64,000 bases of DNA. Source: Clostridiales bacterium. Lineage in GTDB: Bacteria > Bacillota > Clostridia > Christensenellales > CAG-138. The stretch is from assembly GCA_012838425.1 (NCBI GenBank), contig DUPG01000010.1, forward strand, positions 4,194 through 68,193, in the 5' to 3' direction. The notes below the pieces were generated by a model, which had not been told where the DNA came from, ran no database searches, and worked only from the letters and a program-made list of their open reading frames with translations. This document shows, piece by piece, positions 1-9,043 of the stretch. The stretch's first letter is position 1. Each line of letters opens with the position of its first letter. A program made the translations under genes and the position numbers.

Positions 1-101
1 ATCGCAACTGCAAGCATAATTATTCCTGTTACAATGAATATTCCTAACATACCCTTCCACATAATGTTCAAGGTTTCCAAAAACAGTTTTACGTTAATCA
101 T
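1..101 (-). CDS. OadG-like small membrane subunit of a Na+-translocating decarboxylase (5' part only; runs off the window)
   Basis: ATG at 99-101 (complement) lies 10 nt after the beta-subunit stop, with GGAGG 5 nt upstream. The product starts MINVKLFLETLNIMWKGMLGIFIVTGIIMLAVA, a single hydrophobic helix as in gamma/OadG subunits. It is absent from the ORF track because it is truncated. Confidence 0.45.
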   Translation of the reverse strand, partial: MINVKLFLETLNIMWKGMLGIFIVTGIIMLAVA

Positions 102-111
102 AGCTACCTCC

Positions 112-1233
112 TTACTGTAAATACGGTATTACAAGGCTTAGTATCAAGCCGCCTGCGATAACCGAAGCAATCTGCCCGGAAACGTTTGCGCCTATAGAGT
201 GCATTAAAAGGTGATTCTGGTTATCCTCCTCAAGCCCCATTTTATGAATGACACGAGCAGACATTGGGAAGGCGGATATTCCGGCAGCACCAATCATAGG
301 ATTTACCTTGTTTTTTGCGAATATGTTTATGAACTTGCCAAGCATTACTCCGCCTACTGTATCGAATATGAAAGCCACTAAGCCAAGCCCTAATATCATA
401 AGCGTTTCGAGCTTTAAGAAGGAATCAGCCTGCATTCTTGCGGCGACAGTAATACCTAAGAAAAGCGTTACTAAGTTTGCTAAGGCGTTCTGTGCGGTTT
501 CAGAAAGCGAGCCTAATACTCCGCATTCTCTAATAAGGTTTCCGAACATTAAGAAGCCTACCAAAGCAACAGCACGCGGTGCAAACAGGCCGGTAATCAT
601 TGTGATTATGATAGGGAAGGATATGCGCGTAAGCTTTGATACGCTCTTGGGCTCATAAGCCATGCGAATTCGTCTTTCCTGCTTTGTAGTTATTAGCTTA
701 ATTACAGGTGGTTGTATTATAGGAACTAACGCCATATATGAGTACGCGGCAACTACAATCGGGCCAATATAGTTTGAATTCAGATAATTTGCGATGAATA
801 TTGATGTAGGACCGTCTGCTGCACCTATTATCGCTATGGAAGCCGCGTCCTTCAGCTCAAAGCCCAATAGCCCCGCTACGCTCAATGTAAAGAATATTCC
901 GAATTGAGCAGCAGCTCCGAACAGCAACAGCTTAGGATTTGTAAGCACAGGTCCGAAGTCAATCATTGCGCCTATTCCGATAAACAGTATTAGGGGGAAT
1001 AGCTCATTAGCAATACCTGAGTTGAAAAGCACATCTAATATGCCTATTTCAGTGCCGTGTGTAACAGCTCCCGACAGCGGGAGGTTTACAAGAATCGCTC
1101 CAAAGCCGATAGGAAGCAATAGCGTAGGCTCCATCTTTTTGTAGATAGCCAAAAAAATTAGTACAAGCCCTATAAGCCACATCACTACTTGCTGCCACTG
1201 TATTTGCGACAGGTTTTCAAACAATACTTCCAT
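112..1233 (-). CDS. Sodium ion-translocating decarboxylase beta subunit (OadB/GcdB/MmdB family)
   Basis: Polytopic membrane protein with the typical family N-terminus and length. The ORF-track start at 1251 is TTG. ATG at 1233 (MEVLFENLSQ) has a GAGGG SD 4-5 nt upstream. Confidence 0.9.
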   Translation of the reverse strand: MEVLFENLSQIQWQQVVMWLIGLVLIFLAIYKKMEPTLLLPIGFGAILVNLPLSGAVTHGTEIGILDVLFNSGIANELFPLILFIGIGAMIDFGPVLTNPKLLLFGAAAQFGIFFTLSVAGLLGFELKDAASIAIIGAADGPTSIFIANYLNSNYIGPIVVAAYSYMALVPIIQPPVIKLITTKQERRIRMAYEPKSVSKLTRISFPIIITMITGLFAPRAVALVGFLMFGNLIRECGVLGSLSETAQNALANLVTLFLGITVAARMQADSFLKLETLMILGLGLVAFIFDTVGGVMLGKFINIFAKNKVNPMIGAAGISAFPMSARVIHKMGLEEDNQNHLLMHSIGANVSGQIASVIAGGLILSLVIPYLQ

Positions 1234-1332
1234 AAAGCCCTCTTTCGTCAAATATTATAATAGTGCTTGCGCACAATCATATTATACACCAAATCGAAAA
1301 AATATTAAACTTAGTTTCAGCCTGCATTCAGT

Positions 1333-1361
1333 TTGACAAGGCAGTGGTTTTTGGATATACT
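1333..1361 (+). promoter_or_regulatory. Sigma-70-type promoter for the alaS-like gene
   Basis: TTGACA (1333-1338), 17-nt spacer, TATACT (1356-1361), about 30 nt upstream of the ATG at 1393. Confidence 0.55.
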
Positions 1362-1392
1362 AAGATGAAAAAATTTGTGAGGAAATGGCTAT

Positions 1393-3177
1393 ATGAGAAA
1401 ACTTACAACTAAAGAGCTTCGCAACTTGTTTATAGAGTTTTTTAAGACAAAGGACCATGCGGTAATTTCGTCAGCTTCACTGATACCTGAGAACGATCCG
1501 TCGGTTCTTTTTACAACTGCCGGCATGCACCCCTTAGTGCCTTATCTGTTAGGTGAAAAGCACCCCGCAGGCAAAAGGCTTGTTAATGTGCAGAAGTGCG
1601 TTCGCACAGGCGATATTGATGATGTGGGCGACACATCACACTTGACATTCTTCGAAATGCTTGGCAACTGGTCCTTGGGAGATTATTTTAAGAAGGAAGC
1701 TATTGAGTATTCATACGAATTTCTTACATCCCCCGATTGGTTGGGTATTGATAAAGACAAGCTGTATTTCACGGTATTTGCAGGCGATGAGGACGCTCCG
1801 AAAGATGTAGAAAGCTATGAGCACTGGCTTAGAATGGGCGTTGACCCTTCGCATATATTCTTTCTTCCCAAAAAGAATAACTGGTGGTTTGCGGGCCCTA
1901 CCGGTCCATGCGGTCCTGATACTGAGATATTCTATGATACGGGCATTGAGCCCTGCTGCACCGATTGCAGCCCTGCCTGCTCATGCGGCAAGTATTTAGA
2001 GATCTGGAACAATGTGTTTATGGAGTATAACAAAACTTCTAATGGCTTTGAGCCGCTTTCTCAGAAGAATGTTGATACAGGCATGGGATTGGAGAGGACT
2101 GTGGCGACATTGCAGGGTGTGGAATGTGCCTATGATACTGACGCTTTTTCGGGCATATTAAAGGAAATAGAAACGCTTTCGGGCAAGGGTTATAGGGATA
2201 ATCCGGATACCACAAAGGCGTTTAGGATAATAGCAGACCATATTCGATGTGCAACGTTCATTTTAGGCGACCCAAGAGGTGTTACGCCCTCCAATGTTGA
2301 CCAAGGCTATGTTCTGCGCAGGTTGATTCGCAGGGCGTTAAGATACGCTATGCAGTTAGAAATTCCTGAGGATAGCCTGTATATAATTGCTGAAGCAGTT
2401 ATCAATCAGAATGCTGACTTTTATACAGAGCTTGAAACGAATCGCGAAAGGATTATCACCGAGATTCAGACAGAGGAAAAGAGATTCCAGCGCACATTGA
2501 AGCAGGGAATGAGAGAGTTCGAAAAGATGAAGGAACATTTCATTCAAGAGGGGAAGATTGACGGCAAAAGCGCTTTCAGGCTTTATGATACCTTCGGCTT
2601 CCCGATTGAGTTCACTCAGGAAATGGCAAGCGAGATTGGCTTAACCGTTGACATTGAAGGCTTTAACGAGGCATTTGCTGAACACCAGAAGAAGTCGCAG
2701 ATAGGCGCAGACCAGAAGTTCAAGGGCGGCTTGGCTGATTCCTCCGAGCAGACAACAAGGCTGCACACAGCAACACACCTTTTGCAGGCCGCGTTGAGAA
2801 AGGTACTTGATGAAAGCGTTTCGCAAAGGGGTTCGAATATAACTCCCGAGAGGTTGAGGTTTGACTTTTCATTCGACCGTAAGGTTACAAGGGAGGAGTT
2901 AGATGAAATTGAACGCTTAGTAAATGAAGCGATACAAGCAGATGTTGAAGTTATCTGTGAGGAAAAAACAGTTGAGGAAGCACTGAACGAGGGAGCAATA
3001 GGCTTGTTCGGCGAACGATATGGCGAGCGAGTAAAGGTTTATACCGTACCCGGCTTCTCGAAAGAGATTTGCGGTGGTCCTCATGTTAAGCGAACCGGCG
3101 AGCTTGGTACCTTCAAGATTGTAAAAGAAGAGGCTTCAAGCGCAGGTGTTAGGAGAATAAAGGCTGTACTAAAATAA
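1393..3177 (+). CDS. alaS: Alanine--tRNA ligase, compact 594-aa form lacking the C-Ala domain
   Basis: Class II AlaRS N-terminus (FTTAGMHPLVPYLLG, KCVRTGDIDDVGDTSHLTFFEMLGNWSLGDYFK, DTGMGLERT). Editing-domain HxxxH (HTATHLL) and CxxxH (CGGPHV). Ends just after RRIKAV. GAGGAA SD. Confidence 0.85.
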   Translation: MRKLTTKELRNLFIEFFKTKDHAVISSASLIPENDPSVLFTTAGMHPLVPYLLGEKHPAGKRLVNVQKCVRTGDIDDVGDTSHLTFFEMLGNWSLGDYFKKEAIEYSYEFLTSPDWLGIDKDKLYFTVFAGDEDAPKDVESYEHWLRMGVDPSHIFFLPKKNNWWFAGPTGPCGPDTEIFYDTGIEPCCTDCSPACSCGKYLEIWNNVFMEYNKTSNGFEPLSQKNVDTGMGLERTVATLQGVECAYDTDAFSGILKEIETLSGKGYRDNPDTTKAFRIIADHIRCATFILGDPRGVTPSNVDQGYVLRRLIRRALRYAMQLEIPEDSLYIIAEAVINQNADFYTELETNRERIITEIQTEEKRFQRTLKQGMREFEKMKEHFIQEGKIDGKSAFRLYDTFGFPIEFTQEMASEIGLTVDIEGFNEAFAEHQKKSQIGADQKFKGGLADSSEQTTRLHTATHLLQAALRKVLDESVSQRGSNITPERLRFDFSFDRKVTREELDEIERLVNEAIQADVEVICEEKTVEEALNEGAIGLFGERYGERVKVYTVPGFSKEICGGPHVKRTGELGTFKIVKEEASSAGVRRIKAVLK

Positions 3178-3182
3178 TTTTA

Positions 3183-3214
3183 ATGCGGTTAGAGTATAAT
3201 ATGTCTAACCGCAT
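3183..3214 (+). terminator. 11-bp hairpin after alaS (weak U tract)
   Basis: ATGCGGTTAGA (3183-3193) pairs with TCTAACCGCAT (3204-3214). Only CAATTT follows. Confidence 0.45.
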
Positions 3215-3241
3215 CAATTTCAAGGAGTATTAGAAGCTTTG

Positions 3242-4225
3242 ATGGAAGAAACCACGCTTAATGAATTAGTGATACCATTAGAATCGATGGAAGAACAAAT
3301 TAAATTGTTCGGCGCATTCGATGAAAACTTGGCAATATTGGAGGCTGAAACTGGCGCGCAGATTACCGTAGCTTCCGACGGCATTAGAGTACAGGGTGAT
3401 TCGCAAGCCAAAATACTTGCATTTACGGTAATTGAAAAGCTGCTATTCATGATACGGCGAAACGATTTTATAGATAAGAGCCGCATCAGATACGCAATAG
3501 AGCTTGCGCGAGAAGGCAACGCGGATTTAATTGAGAAATTAGTCGACGATGTAGTTGCGTTCACAAGCAAGGGAAAGCGAATCCGCACAAAGACATTAGG
3601 GCAAAGGCGCTATGTTGATGCCCTGAAAAAATACACGGTTACATTCGGCATTGGTCCCGCAGGTACAGGCAAAACCTACTTGGCAGTTGCAATGGCTGTG
3701 TTAGCGTTTAAGAATAAAGAGGTTGAGCGCATAATTCTTACGCGTCCTGCGGTTGAAGCGGGCGAAAAGCTGGGCTTTTTACCGGGAGATCTGCAAAACA
3801 AGGTTGACCCGTATTTGCGTCCATTGTATGACGCGTTGTATGAGTTCTTAGGCGTTGAGAATTTTAAGATGCTATACGAGCGCGGCACAATAGAGGTTGC
3901 ACCATTGGCATATATGCGCGGCAGAACATTGAATGACGCTTATATAATATTAGACGAAGCGCAAAACTGCACAGTAGAGCAGATGAAGATGTTCTTGACG
4001 CGCTTTGGAGTTGGCTCAAAGGTCGTAATAACTGGCGACATAACCCAAATTGACTTGCCTCCAGACAAGAAAAGCGGCTTGAAGCACGCAATAGAGGTTT
4101 TGAACGATGTTGAGGGCATAGGATTTGTTTATTTGACGCATAAGGATGTTGTGCGCCACGAAATTGTTCAACGAATAGTAAACGCATACGACAGCTTTGA
4201 AAAGAAGAAGCGTTCAAATGATTGA
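3242..4225 (+). CDS. phoH: PhoH family ATPase
   Basis: Walker A GPAGTGKTYLAVA, ILDEAQN, and a conserved PhoH C-terminus. The ORF track starts at TTG 3239; ATG is at 3242. AGGAG is upstream. Confidence 0.9.
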   Translation: MEETTLNELVIPLESMEEQIKLFGAFDENLAILEAETGAQITVASDGIRVQGDSQAKILAFTVIEKLLFMIRRNDFIDKSRIRYAIELAREGNADLIEKLVDDVVAFTSKGKRIRTKTLGQRRYVDALKKYTVTFGIGPAGTGKTYLAVAMAVLAFKNKEVERIILTRPAVEAGEKLGFLPGDLQNKVDPYLRPLYDALYEFLGVENFKMLYERGTIEVAPLAYMRGRTLNDAYIILDEAQNCTVEQMKMFLTRFGVGSKVVITGDITQIDLPPDKKSGLKHAIEVLNDVEGIGFVYLTHKDVVRHEIVQRIVNAYDSFEKKKRSND

Positions 4226-4673
4226 AATTAGCATAAACGCTGAATTGAAGGAAATAACTGAGCAGGAGTTAGTCGCTTTGCTGACTGAGGTCTGTGAAGC
4301 CGCATTACAGCATGAGCAGAAAAGCGGCAGCATAGGGATTAGTATTATTGACGACACACAGATAAGGGAATTAAACGCGCAGTTCAGGGGTATAGACAGG
4401 CCGACAGACGTGTTGAGCTTCCCTTGTATAGATGGTTCATCGTATGATGTTACCGATGCGTACTTGGGCGATATTGCAATCTCAATAGATAGGGCGGAAA
4501 TGCAGGCGAATGAGTATGGTCATTCTTTGCGACGCGAGCTTGCTTTTTTGACGGTGCATGGTGTACTACATCTATTAGGCTATGACCATGAGGCAAGCGA
4601 CCAAATTGAAGCGGAATGTGATATGTTTAGGAAGCAAGAAGAAATATTAACGAGTTTGGGGTATAAAAGATGA
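4218..4673 (+). CDS. ybeY: rRNA maturation RNase YbeY
   Basis: HGVLHLLGYDH metal-binding motif. ATG 4218 overlaps the phoH stop (ATGATTGA). The ORF-track start at 4197 is TTG. Confidence 0.9.
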   Translation: MIEISINAELKEITEQELVALLTEVCEAALQHEQKSGSIGISIIDDTQIRELNAQFRGIDRPTDVLSFPCIDGSSYDVTDAYLGDIAISIDRAEMQANEYGHSLRRELAFLTVHGVLHLLGYDHEASDQIEAECDMFRKQEEILTSLGYKR

Positions 4674-5125
4674 GGATAATACATGATTTAGAGATTAAGA
4701 ATATGCTGAAAATGGCAGCTGACGCGTTTGACAGAGCATACGCGCCGTATTCAAATTATCGCGTGGGCGCTTGCTTGAAGGGTTCAACAGGCGCATACTA
4801 CTTGGGCGGCAATATCGAGAATTCAAGCTATGGTGCAACAATTTGCGCAGAACGCGTGGCACTTTCTAAGGCTGTTTATGAGGGCGAGAAGGAGTTCGAT
4901 GCCTTAGCAATATTTACTGATGATAAGTCCCCAACCCCTTGCGGCATATGCAGGCAGAGCTTAACAGAGTTCTGCGACCCTGAAATGCCCATAATCTGCG
5001 GAAGTAAAGACGGGAGCTACAAGGTTTATTCGCTTGGAGAGCTTTTCCCTTCGCCGTTTTTGCTGAAATCAGATAAAGAAACAATAGAACATTCTGAAGA
5101 AGTGAAAGAAGATACATATGAGTAA
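4670..5125 (+). CDS. cdd: Cytidine deaminase
   Basis: CAERVA and PCGICRQ zinc-ligand motifs. ATGA overlap with ybeY. Confidence 0.9.
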   Translation: MRIIHDLEIKNMLKMAADAFDRAYAPYSNYRVGACLKGSTGAYYLGGNIENSSYGATICAERVALSKAVYEGEKEFDALAIFTDDKSPTPCGICRQSLTEFCDPEMPIICGSKDGSYKVYSLGELFPSPFLLKSDKETIEHSEEVKEDTYE

Positions 5126-6026
5126 TAAAGAGTTTCGCTCCGGCTTTATAACAATAATAGGCGCGCCCAATGCCGGCAAATCAACGCTTATTAACCGCAT
5201 AGTCGGTCAGAAAATCAGCATTGTATCCGCCCGTGCGCAAACCACGCGCAATAAAATAATGGGTGTTTATAATGGTAAGGCAAACGCGTTCGACTATCAG
5301 ATGATATTCATAGATACTCCGGGTGTGGCGCTGCCTAAAAACAGGTTAGGGGAGTATATGCTAAGCGTTGCATACGAAGCGCTTAACGAGGTTGAAGCTG
5401 TGCTGTTTTTAGTCGATTCTACTATCGGAATTAAAGAAAAAGACGAGATGATACTTGAGCGCTTAGAAAAGAGCAAATCACCTGTAATTGCAGCTATAAA
5501 TAAAATTGATACGGCTAATGCTTCAGATGTTGAAGCAATAAAAGAGGTTTTGTCTTATAAACCCTTTATTAAGCAGGTGCTTACTATTTCTGCTATAAAT
5601 GGCGACGGTGTTGACGAGCTTGTAAATGTGCTCACAACCTACATGGTTGAAGGGCCTATGTATTTCCCGGAGGATATGGTAACAGATTCTCCTGAGAGGT
5701 TTATTTGCGCTGAAATGATTCGTGAAAAAGCGCTTGAGTTATTGCGCGACGAAGTTCCGCATGGTATAGGAGTGGGAATTGATGAGTTCAAGTATCGCGA
5801 AGACAAGGATATTGTTGATATAAGTGCCACCATTTATTGTGAAAGAGATTCTCACAAGGGCATAATCATAGGCAGAAAAGGCGATATGATTAAGCAGATA
5901 GGTACATCAGCGCGTATGGATATAGAATGGCTTTTAGGCTCAAAGGTGAATTTACAGCTATATGTTAAGGTAAAGCCTGATTGGAGAAATAGTGTAAGCA
6001 TTTTGAACGAGCTGGGATATAATTAA
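5118..6026 (+). CDS. era: GTPase Era
   Basis: G1 GAPNAGKST, G3 DTPG, NKID, and a C-terminal KH domain. Sits in the conserved cdd-era-recO order. Confidence 0.95.
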   Translation: MSNKEFRSGFITIIGAPNAGKSTLINRIVGQKISIVSARAQTTRNKIMGVYNGKANAFDYQMIFIDTPGVALPKNRLGEYMLSVAYEALNEVEAVLFLVDSTIGIKEKDEMILERLEKSKSPVIAAINKIDTANASDVEAIKEVLSYKPFIKQVLTISAINGDGVDELVNVLTTYMVEGPMYFPEDMVTDSPERFICAEMIREKALELLRDEVPHGIGVGIDEFKYREDKDIVDISATIYCERDSHKGIIIGRKGDMIKQIGTSARMDIEWLLGSKVNLQLYVKVKPDWRNSVSILNELGYN

Positions 6027-6106
6027 CACAGCTTCCGAATATTACAACGGTAAGTAAACGCTATTTGTGTAATACTAATACCAAGTAATAATTAGGAGGA
6101 AGCACA

Positions 6107-6268
6107 ATGAGTAATATCGATAAGAAAAACAATAAAGAAGTTCATGGCTCGAAAATCGCGTGGGACGGTTTTTCATCAACCGGCAAGATAGGTATGTATC
6201 TCCTATACAGAGCCTTGAAGGAGGACAATGGCTTCGATTATTCGGAAGGGGATAGTAACAAGGAGTAA
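6107..6268 (+). CDS. YqzL-like small protein (53 aa; below the ORF-track cutoff)
   Basis: AGGAGGA SD at 6094-6100, ATG at 6107. The product MSNIDKKNNKEVHGSKIAWDGFSSTGKIGMYLLYRALKEDNGFDYSEGDSNKE has the W..F..TG.I..YLLY core I recall for YqzL. It sits between era and recO, as in Bacillus. Confidence 0.55.
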   Translation: MSNIDKKNNKEVHGSKIAWDGFSSTGKIGMYLLYRALKEDNGFDYSEGDSNKE

Positions 6269-6950
6269 TGACTATCGCGACAACGATAGGATAATAAACC
6301 TGTTCACAACTGATGGCGAAATAATAACAGCAGCTATATATGGAGCAAAAGGAGTAAAGGGGCATAAGGCTGTTGCATCACAGATTTTTACTTATGGTGA
6401 GTATGTAATTGACAGCAAGAATAATAGAAACACAGTAAGCTCATGCACAGTTATTGAAACATATAGACCCATAACGCGTGATTACGCAAGGTACACTACG
6501 GGCTGTATGATGGTATCATCAATAAATACAGCTATGAGTGAAAGCGAAGATAACCCAGATGTATATTTGCTTTTGCAGCATTGCTTGACCTACCTTGCGT
6601 ATTCCGACCTGCATCAAGATGATTTGCTTATCTACTTTTTTCTGCATTTAATGTGTCTGATAGGCTATTGTCCTTCTATAACCGAATGTGCAAGCTGTGG
6701 CGCTGATATTAAGATGTTGAGCAGCGCAAGGTTCGATTGTGAGCAGGGCGGTGCCATATGCTTTGAGTGCCCGGCGCAGAGTAAGATTATAAACCTGTCT
6801 GCGCTTAGCTTGGAAGCCATGCGCCGTATGCTGTTGCTTGATTTTGACGAGCTAAGTAAGCTTATATTACCGCAAAAGGTCCGCAGAGAACTGTATAATT
6901 GCTTGTTGAATTATTCTGAATATTATCTGAATAGAAGTTTGAGAAAATAA
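6228..6950 (+). CDS. recO: DNA repair protein RecO
   Basis: RecO-type N-terminal OB fold (GIVTRSNDYRDNDRIINLFT) and a C-terminal Cys4 zinc motif (CASCG...CFEC). AGGAGG SD 5 nt upstream. Confidence 0.9.
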   Translation: MASIIRKGIVTRSNDYRDNDRIINLFTTDGEIITAAIYGAKGVKGHKAVASQIFTYGEYVIDSKNNRNTVSSCTVIETYRPITRDYARYTTGCMMVSSINTAMSESEDNPDVYLLLQHCLTYLAYSDLHQDDLLIYFFLHLMCLIGYCPSITECASCGADIKMLSSARFDCEQGGAICFECPAQSKIINLSALSLEAMRRMLLLDFDELSKLILPQKVRRELYNCLLNYSEYYLNRSLRK

Positions 6951-6951
6951 A

Positions 6952-6978
6952 AGCCCTATCATAATGATAAGGCTTTTT
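6952..6978. terminator. Bidirectional hairpin terminator between recO and rnfB
   Basis: GCCCTATC / GATAAGGC stem followed by TTTTT (6974-6978), between convergent genes. Confidence 0.6.
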
Positions 6979-6992
6979 AATAATGGGTTTGA

Positions 6993-7805
6993 TTACTTAT
7001 CACATTTATATGTTTGCACTACAATACAGTTGCTTGGGCAAACAGGAACACATTCTCCGCAATTATTGCATTTATGCGGGTCAATATGCGCTAAGTAGTT
7101 TTCAATAGTTATAGCTTCCTGCGGGCAAGCCTTTGCGCAGCGTCCGCACGCTATGCAAGCGCGCATACAAGCGTCCTTTGCGATTTTTGCTCTTTCGTGA
7201 TTGCTACATCTAACTGTAACATTGCACTCCTTAGGAATAAGCTCAATAACATGGCGCGGACATTCGAGCACACATTCGCCGCAAGCTGTGCATTTATCAG
7301 CATTTATTATTGCAACTCCATCTACAATATCTATAGCGTCAAAAGCGCATTTCTTTGCGCAGTCGCCCAAACCAATGCAAGCGTAATGGCACTGCTTGTT
7401 GCCGCCGGCCATTTGAGCAACAGCGCGGCAGCTTGAATAGCCCTCATAGTCGTATCTCTTTTTAGATACAGAGAAAGCGCCTTGACACAGCACTCTTGCT
7501 ACTCTGGGTTCACGCTCTGAAACCTCAACCTGCATTATCTGCCCCATCTTTTCTAAGTTATCAGCACTTGCAGCGGTACAATCCTCTGGGCAAGCCTGCC
7601 CTTCTATCAATGCCTTTGCAAAAGCGTCGCAGCCTGCAAATCCGCACGCGCCGCAGTTTGCGCCGCCAAGACAAGAACGCAGCTCTTCAACTCGCGGGTC
7701 TTCTTCTACATAAAATTTCTTTGCGCTTATTCCTAATACCACGCCGAATACTATGCCTATTCCGCTTAATATGCCTGCTGCAAGCAGTATATCAGTCCAA
7801 TTCAT
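6993..7805 (-). CDS. rnfB: Rnf electron transport complex subunit B (poly-ferredoxin type)
   Basis: N-terminal membrane helix, a CGGANCGACGFAGC cluster, and several CxxCxxCxxxCP 4Fe-4S motifs. Last gene of the rnf operon. Confidence 0.9.
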   Translation of the reverse strand: MNWTDILLAAGILSGIGIVFGVVLGISAKKFYVEEDPRVEELRSCLGGANCGACGFAGCDAFAKALIEGQACPEDCTAASADNLEKMGQIMQVEVSEREPRVARVLCQGAFSVSKKRYDYEGYSSCRAVAQMAGGNKQCHYACIGLGDCAKKCAFDAIDIVDGVAIINADKCTACGECVLECPRHVIELIPKECNVTVRCSNHERAKIAKDACMRACIACGRCAKACPQEAITIENYLAHIDPHKCNNCGECVPVCPSNCIVVQTYKCDK

Positions 7806-7817
7806 AATTACCTCCTA

Positions 7818-8405
7818 TTACTGGGCTATGCCTGAGAATCCCATAAATGCCAATGCCATAAGCCCCGCAATAACCAAAGAGCTTGAGAAACCACGCATAC
7901 ATTTTGGGATATCCGAGTGCTCAAGGCGTTCGCGGACTCCTGCCATAAGCACGATTGCAAGCATAAACCCAAGCGCGCTGAATGTACCATTAAGAACTGA
8001 GGTTAAGAGATTGTAATTTGAGTTTATGTTTAATATTGCAATACCTAATACCGCGCAGTTTGTAGTTATCAGGGGCAGGTAGATACCAAGGCTTTTATAT
8101 AGTGTGGGACTTGACTTTTTAATAAACATCTCAACCACTTGAACGAGAGCGGCAATTATGAGTATGAACGCAATGGTGTTTAAGTACTGCAAACCTAATG
8201 GAACGAGGAGAAATGCGTAAACAAGCCAAGTGCACAGCGATGATATAGCCATAACGAATGTAACAGCCATACCCATTCCGAAAGCCGTTTCGACCTTGCC
8301 CGAAACTCCCAAGAAGGGGCAGTTACCTAAAAATCTTGAGAATATAACATTGTTCGTAAGCACACAGGTTATAAACAATGTGAATATGTTAACTGATATG
8401 TTCAT
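7818..8405 (-). CDS. rnfA: Rnf complex subunit A
   Basis: 195-aa polytopic protein (NNVIFSRFLGNCPFLG) in the position and with the length of RnfA. Confidence 0.93.
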   Translation of the reverse strand: MNISVNIFTLFITCVLTNNVIFSRFLGNCPFLGVSGKVETAFGMGMAVTFVMAISSLCTWLVYAFLLVPLGLQYLNTIAFILIIAALVQVVEMFIKKSSPTLYKSLGIYLPLITTNCAVLGIAILNINSNYNLLTSVLNGTFSALGFMLAIVLMAGVRERLEHSDIPKCMRGFSSSLVIAGLMALAFMGFSGIAQ

Positions 8406-9043
8406 TTACAGCTTGCCTCCCTCTTCTTTGCGATTTTGTTGGTGATTGCATTCAATATGCCTAATGTTAAGCCCAAAGTAATAAATCCGCCGGGAGCAAG
8501 CGCGAAAACGGACATAGGCGTAAATGATGCGGGCAAAATACTTATTCCTAGTATTGTGCCGTTACCTATGATTTCGCGAATAGAGCCTATTATTGCAAGC
8601 GCCAATGTGAATCCAATGCCCATTCCTAAACCGTCAACAATAGAAGGGAGCAGGGGGTTTTTGCTTGCGAAAGCCTCTGCGCGAGCTAATATAATGCAGT
8701 TTACAACGATTAGCGGAATGAAAATTCCTAAGCTCTTATCAAGCTCGGGCAGGTATGCTTTCATAAGCAGCTCAATCATTGTAACGAATGTGCATATAAC
8801 GACTACAAACGCAGGAATTCTGATCTTATCAGGTATGAAGTCCTTCAAAAGTGATATAACAAGGTTTGAGCCTATAAGCACTAATGTAGTAGCAAGCCCC
8901 ATTCCTAAGCTGTTCTGAAGCGATGTGGTAATAGCTATTGTAGGGCATAAGCCTAATACCAAGCGGAATGTGGGGTTTTCATTAAGTATTCCGTTGAAGA
9001 ATGTATTTAATAGCCTTTTCAAATCAATTCCCCCTTTGCTCAT
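8402..9043 (-). CDS. rnfE: Rnf complex subunit E
   Basis: GILNENPTFRLVLGLCPTIAITT motif. 4-nt overlap with rnfA. Confidence 0.93.
   Translation of the reverse strand: MSKGGIDLKRLLNTFFNGILNENPTFRLVLGLCPTIAITTSLQNSLGMGLATTLVLIGSNLVISLLKDFIPDKIRIPAFVVVICTFVTMIELLMKAYLPELDKSLGIFIPLIVVNCIILARAEAFASKNPLLPSIVDGLGMGIGFTLALAIIGSIREIIGNGTILGISILPASFTPMSVFALAPGGFITLGLTLGILNAITNKIAKKREASCK

Noticed and set aside
1252-1392. A possible T-box riboswitch upstream of the alaS-like gene, and likewise upstream of cysS (18105-18220).
   Set aside because: The leaders are only about 30-115 nt after the predicted promoters. No T-box sequence or terminator/antiterminator pair is visible.
6075-6365. A 96-aa minus-strand ORF across the era-recO gap.
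   Set aside because: It is antisense to the SD-preceded YqzL-like ORF and to recO. Its translation is Cys/Tyr-rich and low in complexity, and it has no SD.
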